Source of the DNA: Candidatus Methylomirabilis limnetica
Lineage (GTDB): Bacteria; Methylomirabilota; Methylomirabilia; Methylomirabilales; Methylomirabilaceae
Length of the DNA stretch: 32,000 nt
Assembly (NCBI RefSeq): GCF_003044035.1
Contig: NZ_NVQC01000028.1
Location: 30,001 to 62,000, forward strand
Direction: 5' to 3'
Below the pieces are notes generated by a model, which was not told the origin of the DNA, made no database searches, and saw only the letters and a program-made list of their open reading frames with translations. Shown one piece after another: positions 5,833 to 13,373 of this stretch (position 1 is its first letter; the number at the start of each line of letters is the position of its first letter). Made by a program: the position numbers and the translations under genes.

Positions 5833-5873
5833 ATGCATTAATATTATGCATTACAATGACGCATATTATGCAT
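5833..5873 (-). promoter_or_regulatory. Operator/promoter region of vapB-vapC with three ATGCAT palindromes
   Basis: ATGCAT at 5833-5838, 5846-5851 and 5868-5873. TATTATGCAT is repeated at 5842-5851 and 5864-5873 (22-bp spacing), immediately upstream of vapB. Confidence 0.45.
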
Positions 5874-6072
5874 CACGTCAATTGTGAAACTTCTACGGCT
5901 CTCCGCCCTATCCGCGCTGTTGGTGATCAGGTTGCCGGCTACGACGAATGGGATGAACACATTTACGTTGACGATGGCAAAGAGCAGGATAGTGCTGGCT
6001 ATGGGGGTGGGGGAGTAGAAGTTGGTAGATCAGAATCTGGACGGGCGTGGGAGGTCGTACGCGGGAGTCCGT

Positions 6073-6996
6073 TTACAACGGGGCAACCTCGAGGGCTCGT
6101 TCCGGCTGAAGCAGCGGCCTCGCCCATCGCTCAATCACGCCACTGCGAGCGGGGGCCATATGCTCCAGGTCCAGGTGACGCTGGATCTCCCGTACGAGCC
6201 TGGTGTGAAGGTGGTGACCGGCACCGTGTGCGATGACGGTCCCAAGGATAGGCCGACCGAGGAGATAGAGGTCCCCCAATAGGTCGAGGACCTTATGGCG
6301 GACTAGCTCGTCCCGGAAGCGGAGGGCGCCGTTGACCACGCCTCCCTCGCCGATTACGATTGCGTTTTCAAACGACCCGCCCAAGCCCAGGTTGCGACGG
6401 CGAAGCTCTTCGATGTCTTTAAGGAACCCGTAGGTCCGGCAAGACGCGATCTCATTAGCAAACGTCTCCCTGGTGATGTCGAAGGCGACCGACTGTTCTC
6501 CCAGAAGCGGGTGGTCGAAGGGCATCGTATAGATGACCTGAAGACGCTCCGAAGGGACGATCTGAATACTCGAGCGACCGGACTCGACGACTAAACGCTC
6601 TTTAATCTTGAGATACGTCTTGGCGACCATCTGTCGTCTGAGGCCTGCTTTCCTGATCAGCTCGACAAACGGTGCGGCGCTGCCATCCATGGTTGGAACC
6701 TCTTCGCCGTCGAGTTCTACCAGGACATTATCCAGCCCCGTCCCCGCAAACGCCGCCATCAGATGCTCAATGGTCCTCACCTTTACACCATTCTTGCCGA
6801 TGGTGGTCGCATGATGGACATCGACGATGTGCGCGGGTTTGGCCTCAATGGTGGCGGCGTGGGGAAGATCGATGCGCGTGAATACGACGCCGGAGTTCGC
6901 GGGAGCAGGACGGAGAGACATCTTGGCTGATCGACCGGTATGAATCCCTATTCCTTCGCAGGTAGCTATAGTCTGCAGCGTTCGCTGATGACTCAC
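6073..6996 (-). CDS. lpxC: UDP-3-O-acyl-N-acetylglucosamine deacetylase
   Basis: 307 aa from a GTG start: QRTLQTIATCEGIGIHTGRSAKMSLRPAPANSGVVFTRIDL...TIEHLMAAFAGTGLDN...HHLH is full-length LpxC. Confidence 0.95.
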   Translation of the reverse strand: MSHQRTLQTIATCEGIGIHTGRSAKMSLRPAPANSGVVFTRIDLPHAATIEAKPAHIVDVHHATTIGKNGVKVRTIEHLMAAFAGTGLDNVLVELDGEEVPTMDGSAAPFVELIRKAGLRRQMVAKTYLKIKERLVVESGRSSIQIVPSERLQVIYTMPFDHPLLGEQSVAFDITRETFANEIASCRTYGFLKDIEELRRRNLGLGGSFENAIVIGEGGVVNGALRFRDELVRHKVLDLLGDLYLLGRPILGTVIAHGAGHHLHTRLVREIQRHLDLEHMAPARSGVIERWARPLLQPERALEVAPL

Positions 6997-7064
6997 TATG
7001 ATCTCCCGATCAGATCTATTTTGTCTGAGGCAATCCTCATGCTAACTCACACAAATCAGCCGCC

Positions 7065-7093
7065 ATCTTACTAGAAGTCCAGTGAAATGGCAA
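7065..7093 (-). promoter_or_regulatory. Candidate sigma70 promoter for lpxC
   Basis: Minus strand reads TTGCCA (7093-7088), 17-nt spacer, TAAGAT (7070-7065), about 65 nt upstream of the lpxC start. Confidence 0.4.
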
Positions 7094-7125
7094 GCCTATA
7101 CCAGTTACTTCGAAAATCCCTTCAA

Positions 7126-7146
7126 CCCCCCTTTGGTAAAGGGGGG
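7126..7146. repeat. Poly-C/poly-G hairpin CCCCCCTTT-GGT-AAAGGGGGG (REP-like; possible terminator of the DUF721 gene)
   Basis: Perfect 9-bp stem with a 3-nt loop, 40 nt downstream of the 7186 stop on the minus strand. Confidence 0.5.
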
Positions 7147-7185
7147 CACGGGAGGATTTCATGTGGCTATGTTGCAACAGGAATG

Positions 7186-7677
7186 TCACTCTGACCTCGC
7201 CCACCGTTGAAAGAATCGCTGCATGGCATCACCGCATGGCAGACCCATGAGAGGGCTCAGCAGCTTCGCCATGCTCGCCTCGACCGCAGGTGGAACCGCT
7301 CGAGCCCTATGCCCACCACGACTGGAGGGTGTTACAGGGGCACACCGACGGATTTGGCCAATTCTCAATACGATCTCTCCTACCGCCGGCTCGCCGACCT
7401 CCTTGTTCAGGATCGTCTTCAGCGTGTGACGCAGCATGTGGAGCTCATGCAGCCAGATGGGATCCTCGACGCAGAGGTACAGGCGTCCACCTCTGAAGTC
7501 CTCCACGCTCGCCCTCTCTTTGATGTGACTTGCTACGGCCCGATCCCAGGCTCGAAGGAGCGCGAGGTGATGGATCACCCGACCGAGACCCAGTCCTTGC
7601 AGGCTGCCCTCGATGATATCTGCGCACTTGGCAGGGGCGGTCTGCGCTCTCCTCTGTACCGGCCGGTTGGTCTTCAC
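7186..7677 (-). CDS. DUF721 domain protein (DciA-like)
   Basis: 163 aa; LLRAWDRAVASHIKERASVEDFRGGRLYLCVEDPIWLHELHMLRHTLKTILNKEVG matches the DUF721 pattern (W...G..ia..t....f..g.L.v.v.s..W..eL). Confidence 0.7.
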   Translation of the reverse strand: MKTNRPVQRRAQTAPAKCADIIEGSLQGLGLGRVIHHLALLRAWDRAVASHIKERASVEDFRGGRLYLCVEDPIWLHELHMLRHTLKTILNKEVGEPAVGEIVLRIGQIRRCAPVTPSSRGGHRARAVPPAVEASMAKLLSPLMGLPCGDAMQRFFQRWARSE

Positions 7678-7713
7678 TTGGTAAACTCCACTGTCGGCGC
7701 CGCTCTCGCCGAC

Positions 7714-8205
7714 TCAGCCACCAGGAAGTAGCGTGCCTGCTGCTGTCCGCTCACGGTCGTCCCCCTCGCGGGGGACTCCAGACAAGGCCTCATCGATGGC
7801 GCGGTTGGCGAGCGCATCCGCCTGACCGTTCAACTCGCGACCGATATGCTCAATTGAGAACCGACAGCCGAGAGCCGAGAGCTGATTGATGAGGTCGCGC
7901 GCCTGCGCGTGCAACGCAATGAGGCGTATGTTTTTGACTCGATATCTGCCCTGAATTTGTCTGACCAACAACTGGGAGTCGGATCGAATCTTGACAACGG
8001 TGGGCTGAAATTTCCTGGCCTCCCTTAAGGCAAGGAGCAGTGCTTCATATTCGGCCACGTTGTTGGTTGCCTCGCCGATGTATCGGCAAAAGCCCTGCTG
8101 CAACGGCCCGCTTCCAGCCTCCAGCAGGGCACCGATTCCGGCTGGGCCAGGATTTCCGCGAGCTGCTCCATCGATGTGAATCAGCAGTCGAAGTCCCTCC
8201 TCCAT
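7714..8205 (-). CDS. rnhA: Ribonuclease HI family protein
   Basis: LLIHIDGAARGNPGPAGIG...ATNNVAEYEALLLAL...IRSDSQLLVRQIQG...NGQADALAN gives the DEDD RNase H residues. Preferred start is ATG 8205 (GGAAGGAA 5 nt upstream); the ORF track start at 8244 would overlap the upstream gene. Confidence 0.85.
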   Translation of the reverse strand: MEEGLRLLIHIDGAARGNPGPAGIGALLEAGSGPLQQGFCRYIGEATNNVAEYEALLLALREARKFQPTVVKIRSDSQLLVRQIQGRYRVKNIRLIALHAQARDLINQLSALGCRFSIEHIGRELNGQADALANRAIDEALSGVPREGDDRERTAAGTLLPGG

Positions 8206-8206
8206 C

Positions 8207-8923
8207 TCATTCCTTCCAATAGAGGATCCGGCCACATCCTTCACAGGTGCGAATCTCCTCGTTCCGGCGAACCTCGTTGTAAAGCTGATGCGTGAGGGTC
8301 ACATGGCAACCTTCGCAGGAACGACCCGCTGCTTGAGCTACCGCCAAGCCGCCCCGACTCTTAAGGAGGCGAAGGTACAACTGCAAGGAGGATAGCTCCA
8401 CGCTCCCTGACCAGCGTTCCCTGGCCCTCCGTAATGTCAATAGGTGGCTCTGCAGCTCGAGCAGCTCGCCTTCCCGCTGCTGTTTATTCTTCAGGAACTC
8501 CGCCTGTGTCACCCTGACCTTCGCTTCCTCATGATCCCGAGTCTTCTCAGCGCTGTCGATATCGTCGAGGCGTATAAGGACCTCTTCCTCTAGCGCCGAA
8601 ATCTTTTGCTTCAGTCCCTCAACCTCCTTTAGGGTTGCAGTGTATTCCTGGTTGGTCTTGACCTCATAGAGGCGGCCTTGTCGCTTTTTGAGCTCTCCGC
8701 CAGCCTCATCCAAATCGCGCTCTTTCTGGCGGCGAAGTTTTTGGAGCCTCTCTACCTCTACGGTGGCCGCGTCGAGGGCCGCCTTGGCCTGAGCCAACTG
8801 CTGCTCCATCATCCGGATCTGGACGGGGATGGCCGCTGCCGCCGTATCGAACTCGGCGATTTCAGCGTCAAGCCCCTGTAATTTGATAAGCCCCTCCAAG
8901 TCCTGAAGCACGCTTTCCTCCAC
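8207..8923 (-). CDS. Coiled-coil C4 zinc-ribbon protein (DUF164/COG1579 family)
   Basis: 238 aa; long heptad-rich coiled coil, then CEGCHVTLTHQLYNEVRRNEEIRTCEGCGRILYW (CxxC...CxxC). Confidence 0.8.
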   Translation of the reverse strand: MEESVLQDLEGLIKLQGLDAEIAEFDTAAAAIPVQIRMMEQQLAQAKAALDAATVEVERLQKLRRQKERDLDEAGGELKKRQGRLYEVKTNQEYTATLKEVEGLKQKISALEEEVLIRLDDIDSAEKTRDHEEAKVRVTQAEFLKNKQQREGELLELQSHLLTLRRARERWSGSVELSSLQLYLRLLKSRGGLAVAQAAGRSCEGCHVTLTHQLYNEVRRNEEIRTCEGCGRILYWKE

Positions 8924-8934
8924 TATGATCAGTT

Positions 8935-8996
8935 GTCAGCCGTTAGCGACCAGCACAGCGTGAGTCTTAAGCTGACCGCTGAAAGCTGATAGCTGC
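8935..8996. repeat. Inverted arrays of degenerate heptamers (YAGC every 7 nt on the left, GCTGA every 7 nt on the right)
   Basis: CAGC/TAGC/CAGC at 8937, 8944 and 8951. AAGCTGA CCGCTGA AAGCTGA TAGCTGC at 8969-8996. GTCAGC (8935-8940) pairs with GCTGAC (8971-8976). Confidence 0.6.
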
Positions 8997-9003
8997 TTTT
9001 ACA

Positions 9004-9080
9004 TGGTGGGCCCACCTGGACTCGAACCAGGGACGATCCGGTTATGAGCCGGAGGCTCTAACCAACTGAGCTATGGGCCC
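9004..9080 (-). tRNA. tRNA with anticodon CAT (elongator Met or lysidine-modified Ile2)
   Basis: Reverse complement is GGGCCCATAGCTCAGTTGGTTAGAGCCTCCGGCTCATAACCGGATCGTCCCTGGTTCGAGTCCAGGTGGGCCCACCA. It has a 7-bp acceptor stem, D arm GCTC/GAGC, anticodon stem CCGG with loop CTCATAA, T arm CCTGG-TTCGAGT-CCAGG and an encoded CCA. G1-C72 is paired, so it is not an initiator. Confidence 0.9.
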
Positions 9081-9091
9081 GCAGGCGAACC

Positions 9092-9196
9092 AGTTCAGAG
9101 TTCATAGTTGATAGTTTAGAGTTGAGCATGCTCAGGAAAGGTCCCCTGCCAGGCCTATCTCTGGACCATGAGCTATGAACCGTGAACTCTGAACTC
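9092..9196. repeat. Long imperfect hairpin built from heptamer arrays between rpoD and the tRNA
   Basis: AGTTCAG AGTTCAT AGTTGAT AGTTTAG AGTTGAG (9092-9126) faces TGAGCTA TGAACCG TGAACTC TGAACTC (9169-9196). 9092-9104 is the perfect complement of 9183-9195. Confidence 0.7.
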
Positions 9197-9203
9197 ATTC
9201 GGT

Positions 9204-11237
9204 CTAGCTTTCCACAAAGCTTCTGAGCTTCCTGCTCCGCGTAGGATGGCGGAGTTTCCGTAGCGCTTTGGCCTCAATCTGCCTGATCCGCTCTCGGGTG
9301 ACGTTGAATTGCTGCCCGACTTCCTCCAGGGTATGATCGCGTCCATCCCCGAGTCCGAAGCGGAGCTTTAAGATCTTTTGCTCTCGTTCCGTCAGTGTCT
9401 CGAGTACCTGCTCGGTCTGACCGCTCAAGTTCATGCCGATGACGGCCTCGATCGGGGAGATCACGCCTTTGTCCTCGATGAAGTCACCGAGATGAGATCC
9501 TTCCTCCTCTCCGATGGGCGTCTCCAGCGAGATCGGTTCCTGCGCGATCTTCAGGACTTTCCTGACCTTATCAACAGGTAGATCGATCTTCTGGGCAATC
9601 TCCTCCGGGGTTGGCTCTCTGCCATACTCCTGAACCAGGTACCGGGAGGCGCGGGTCAGCTTGTTGATGGTTTCGATCATATGAACAGGGATCCGGATGG
9701 TGCGGGCCTGATCGGCAATGGCTCGCGTGATAGCCTGGCGGACCCACCATGTGGCGTAGGTGCTGAACTTATATCCTCGCTGGTATTCAAACTTATCTAC
9801 TGCCCGCATCAGGCCGATGTTCCCCTCCTGGATCAGGTCAAGGAACTGGAGGCCCCGATTGGTGTATTTCTTCGCGATGCTGATGACCAGACGGAGGTTG
9901 GCCTCCACCATCTCCTTCTTCGCCAGGTGTGCCTTTCGCTCGCCGCTAGTGATGGTATGAAGCAAGGACCGCAACTCTTTGGCGGAGGCATCGGCCTCCT
10001 CCTCGACCTTCCGGATCTTTTGCTGAATAGCCGCGACGGTGCGTTCACATTCATCCAGTTCCTTTCGGGCGAGTCCCGTCCGACGTAGAATCCCTCGCAT
10101 AGCAGACGTCTTGCCCCGATCGTTGCTGGAGATGACCCTGATATCCTCCATGGACAGGTGGTGGGCTCGTCCCGCATCACGAAGCTCCTGCTCACCCTGG
10201 TCGAGCCGTTCCAGGAGATTACGGGTCCTGGCCACTATCCGATCGATCACCCGCTGGTTCACGTGCAGCCCTCGAATCAGCGTGGCCTGCGCCGCCTTGC
10301 GACCTGCTATCTCATCCAGGATCTTCTGTTGCCACCGCTCGGTGAGACGATCAGCACCGCGTTGGTAACGGCGCCGAAGGCCATCGATCTTGATCTGCTC
10401 CTCTCGGAGAGCTTCCAGGGACGGGGTGTTTTCGGCCAGCACCTCCTGCTCCTTCTGTTCGGAGATCTCGTCAAAATCATTGAGCAGGAACAGCTCAAAA
10501 ACACGGGCCTTACCGCGCAAAAGTCGCTCTCCGATTTCCGTAATCTCCCGAACGGCGACCCCCGCTCGGCAGACAGCCTCGGCGATCTCTTTGTGACCCG
10601 CCTCGATCCGTTTCGCAATCTGAATCTCTCCCTCTCGGGTCAGCAGAGGGGTTTTCCCCATTTCCCGCAGATACATCCGTACCGGGTCATCGGTCCTGCC
10701 GATGCTCGACGGAACAAACTCGGGTCCCGCCTCGGCGCTCTCTTCTTCCTGCTGGGGCGCTGGCGCTCCCACCGCTTTAGGCCGCTCCACCTCATCCACA
10801 ACCTCGATATCCATGTCATCAAAGAGAGTGAGGATCTTCTCGATCTGGTCGCCAGAGGTGACCTCTTCCGGCAGCAGGTTATTCACCTCGTCGTAGGTCA
10901 GGTAACCCTTTTTACGCCCAAGCGACACCAGCGGCCGGATCCCCTCTTTGAGAGCTGCCGGCACTATCGCAATCGGCTCCTTCGCGTTTTTGGGATCGGC
11001 GTTCCGACGAGAGTTCTTTGCTGGCGAGGTACCTGGAACCGCCACCGTCTTATCCTGTTTGCTCACGATAGCCTGCTTGCGAACCGTAGAAAGATGACGC
11101 GTGGCCTTGTTAGGCGTTCTCTTTCGAGGGGCGAGCGGGATTGATTGCCGCGATGGGAGGTGTGGACGCGTGGACTTGCTGGGCGTTTTCCGTTGAGTGG
11201 CTTTCGACGGTTGTTCTGGCTTGTGCGTGATTGCCAT
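9204..11237 (-). CDS. rpoD: RNA polymerase primary sigma factor (sigma-70)
   Basis: 677 aa; regions 1.2-4.2 are all recognisable ([75 protein letters not shown]). AAGGGAGA precedes the ATG. Confidence 0.97.
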   Translation of the reverse strand: MAITHKPEQPSKATQRKTPSKSTRPHLPSRQSIPLAPRKRTPNKATRHLSTVRKQAIVSKQDKTVAVPGTSPAKNSRRNADPKNAKEPIAIVPAALKEGIRPLVSLGRKKGYLTYDEVNNLLPEEVTSGDQIEKILTLFDDMDIEVVDEVERPKAVGAPAPQQEEESAEAGPEFVPSSIGRTDDPVRMYLREMGKTPLLTREGEIQIAKRIEAGHKEIAEAVCRAGVAVREITEIGERLLRGKARVFELFLLNDFDEISEQKEQEVLAENTPSLEALREEQIKIDGLRRRYQRGADRLTERWQQKILDEIAGRKAAQATLIRGLHVNQRVIDRIVARTRNLLERLDQGEQELRDAGRAHHLSMEDIRVISSNDRGKTSAMRGILRRTGLARKELDECERTVAAIQQKIRKVEEEADASAKELRSLLHTITSGERKAHLAKKEMVEANLRLVISIAKKYTNRGLQFLDLIQEGNIGLMRAVDKFEYQRGYKFSTYATWWVRQAITRAIADQARTIRIPVHMIETINKLTRASRYLVQEYGREPTPEEIAQKIDLPVDKVRKVLKIAQEPISLETPIGEEEGSHLGDFIEDKGVISPIEAVIGMNLSGQTEQVLETLTEREQKILKLRFGLGDGRDHTLEEVGQQFNVTRERIRQIEAKALRKLRHPTRSRKLRSFVES

Positions 11238-11446
11238 ACTGTCTCCCTTTTATCTCTAGCTATCAGCTACGGAACTATGAGCGTAACTACTCAGGCGTTT
11301 AGGCTGAAGGCTCTGAATGATCTCGCAAAGCACGAATCAAACCATTCAAGACCTTCTCGATTTCTACTACCTTTGGTTCTCTCAGAGAGGACTCCTCATT
11401 GGCTAAGAAGCCTACACGCTTCGACGCATTGCGACGTCATCGCTCT

Positions 11447-11535
11447 ACCCCTAAAAGCCTTCAGTCTATCTACCTGAGCAGTGTGATCACGCATGATTTA
11501 CCCCTAAAAGCCTTCAGCCTTCAGTCTATCTACCT
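11447..11535. repeat. Direct repeat ACCCCTAAAAGCCTTCAGTCTATCTACCT x2; second copy carries one extra CCTTCAG heptamer
   Basis: Copy 1 is 11447-11475. Copy 2 is 11500-11535 with CCTTCAG duplicated (11511-11517 and 11518-11524). It lies in the 326-bp dnaG-rpoD spacer. Confidence 0.75.
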
Positions 11536-11563
11536 TGTCGTTACCTATGAGCCGTGAGCTTCT

Positions 11564-13357
11564 CTAGGCTCCACGATACTGCCTGGGCACAAGAGGAGGT
11601 CGGTCGTGGCTGAGCGCAAGAAACTGGGCCTGCAGGCGCGCAACCGTCGCATGATCGCCCGCCCGTTCGGCCGTGTCCATCTGTTTCCGGAGCTCCTCAC
11701 CCGTCCGGCGTTCACGCCTGACTTTGATGCGCGCAAGATAATCGGAGAGGGCCCACTCGATCGCCTCCTCCCCGTCGTACTCCTCGAGATCTGTCGCCAA
11801 CAACTGCGTGAGTACCCGCTGCACCTCCGGTTCTACCGTAGCGAGGGATATCGTACCCTGCCCACCTCCAGGCCCCATCACCGCATACTGAAAGATCCTG
11901 CGAAGGATCTGATCCTGCAGCTCCTCCGGCCGCACGCTCTCCCGCATACGCTGGGCCGCGCCGGGATGGTGGAGAGCCAGGTGAATGAGCTTCCAGTCTA
12001 TGGACGGCAAGCCTCTGGGTTGCAGTGATGGCGGTATGGTTTCTCGCTTACGGCCTTTCACCTGGAGATTGAGCTCGCGGATGATGGCATCATTGGAGAG
12101 GGACACGCGGCGTGCGAGCTTTTCCGTGTAACGTTGCCGCGTGATCTCATTACCGACGGTACTCAAGAGGGGCAGGACGGCATTCACCGCCTCAGCCTGA
12201 CCCTCGGGGCTGGTCAGATTAAACCCGGAGACCTTCTGATCGAGCAGGAACTCCATCAGGTCCTTCGATTGTGTGAGCGCATCGGCGAAGGCCGAGGGGC
12301 CGCGCTCCCGCAGAAAACGATCAGGATCTTCTCCATCCGGGAGCAGAATCACCCGCCAGTCGAGCCCACTGTTCAGCAAGCTCTCGACGCAACGCCTCGC
12401 CGCGGCGATCCCGGCTGCGTCCGGATCGAACACCAGCAATGCCCGTGTCGTATATCGGCGGAGCAGGGCAATCTGTTGGGCCGTCAGCGCAGTGCCCAGG
12501 ACTGCCACAGTGTGCTGCACACCATGAGCGTGTAGCGCAATCAGGTCGAAATACCCTTCCACGACAAGAGCCGACCCACGATCGCGGATGGCGGAAGCCG
12601 CCAGGTGCAGGCCATACAGGTGCGCCCCCTTCTTGTAGATAGGCGTTTCGGGAGAGTTCAGATATTTCGGTAGGGAATCGTCAAGGACGCGACCACCAAA
12701 GGCAATAACCTGACCTACCGAATCGCAGATCGGGATCATCAGCCGGTTTCGGAATCGATCATACGCCCCACTCCCATCTTTGCGTGGCAACGCCAGCCCC
12801 GCCTCCTCCACCTGCTTCTTGGAGAATCCCCTGCGCAGCAGGTGGCGAAGGAGTTCCTCCCAGGATGCCGCTGCGTACCCGAGCCCGAACTCCTCAACGA
12901 CCGCATCCGGGATGCCCCGGCTTCTCAGATACTGACGGGCGGTCGCCCCGACCGTCTGATGTTGGAGTTGGTGGCGAAAGAATTCTGCCGCCACCTTGTG
13001 AACTTCCAGCAGCCCCAGGCGCGCGCGCTCGTTCTGCCCTGTCCCGCTCCCGGCATTGACGTGGGAATGCGCTGGGAGGCTAATTCCAGCTCGGTCGGCC
13101 AGCGCTCGGATCGCCTCAGGAAAGTTGAGGTGCTCCTGCCTCATCATGAAACCGGCCGCATCCCCGCCCTCCCCACAGCCAAAGCAGTGAAAGATCTGGC
13201 GTTCGGGGTTGACCGTGAAGGAAGGGGTCTTTTCGTTATGGAAGGGGCACAGGGCCTTATAGTAACGTCCGGCAGGCTTCAGTGGGAGGTATCTCCCAAT
13301 GAGCTGCACAATGTCGGTGCCGGCCAGCACCTTAGAGACCAACTCCTCCGGGATCAC
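11564..13357 (-). CDS. dnaG: DNA primase
   Basis: CPFHNEKTPSFTV zinc finger, TOPRIM VVEGYFD...DPD. Preferred start is GTG 13357 (VIPEELVSKVL, GAGGAT 9 nt upstream). The maximal ORF from TTG 13426 would overlap mutS2 by 53 nt. Confidence 0.93.
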   Translation of the reverse strand: MIPEELVSKVLAGTDIVQLIGRYLPLKPAGRYYKALCPFHNEKTPSFTVNPERQIFHCFGCGEGGDAAGFMMRQEHLNFPEAIRALADRAGISLPAHSHVNAGSGTGQNERARLGLLEVHKVAAEFFRHQLQHQTVGATARQYLRSRGIPDAVVEEFGLGYAAASWEELLRHLLRRGFSKKQVEEAGLALPRKDGSGAYDRFRNRLMIPICDSVGQVIAFGGRVLDDSLPKYLNSPETPIYKKGAHLYGLHLAASAIRDRGSALVVEGYFDLIALHAHGVQHTVAVLGTALTAQQIALLRRYTTRALLVFDPDAAGIAAARRCVESLLNSGLDWRVILLPDGEDPDRFLRERGPSAFADALTQSKDLMEFLLDQKVSGFNLTSPEGQAEAVNAVLPLLSTVGNEITRQRYTEKLARRVSLSNDAIIRELNLQVKGRKRETIPPSLQPRGLPSIDWKLIHLALHHPGAAQRMRESVRPEELQDQILRRIFQYAVMGPGGGQGTISLATVEPEVQRVLTQLLATDLEEYDGEEAIEWALSDYLARIKVRRERRTGEELRKQMDTAERAGDHATVARLQAQFLALSHDRPPLVPRQYRGA

Positions 13358-13373
13358 TGTCCGTTCATCCTCT

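Noticed and set aside
1-5880. Chromosomal integron (recombinase followed by an array of small cassettes)
   Set aside because: I found no attC-like RYYYAAC...GTTRRRY imperfect palindromes at cassette junctions. Cassette orientations are mixed. The visible recombinase N-terminus looks XerC/D-like rather than IntI-like, though the IntI-specific insertion lies outside the window.
5880-6030. Hydrophobic minus-strand reading frame (FYSPTPIASTILLFAIVNVNVFIPFVVAGNLITNS) between vapB and lpxC, possibly a membrane-protein remnant
   Set aside because: It has no start codon, is bounded by an upstream TGA and has no recognisable family. It could equally be chance in a short open frame.
10158-11144. 328-aa plus-strand ORF antisense to rpoD. 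Similar long antisense ORFs: 22401-23807 (468 aa, opposite dnaK), 18682-19467 (opposite htpX), 28464-29294 (opposite mreB), 29619-30344 (opposite mreC), 12842-13429 and 15306-15935.
   Set aside because: These are shadow ORFs typical of GC-rich DNA. Their products are low-complexity and R/P/G/L-rich, have no recognisable motifs or Shine-Dalgarno sequences, and the opposite strand encodes unmistakable conserved proteins.
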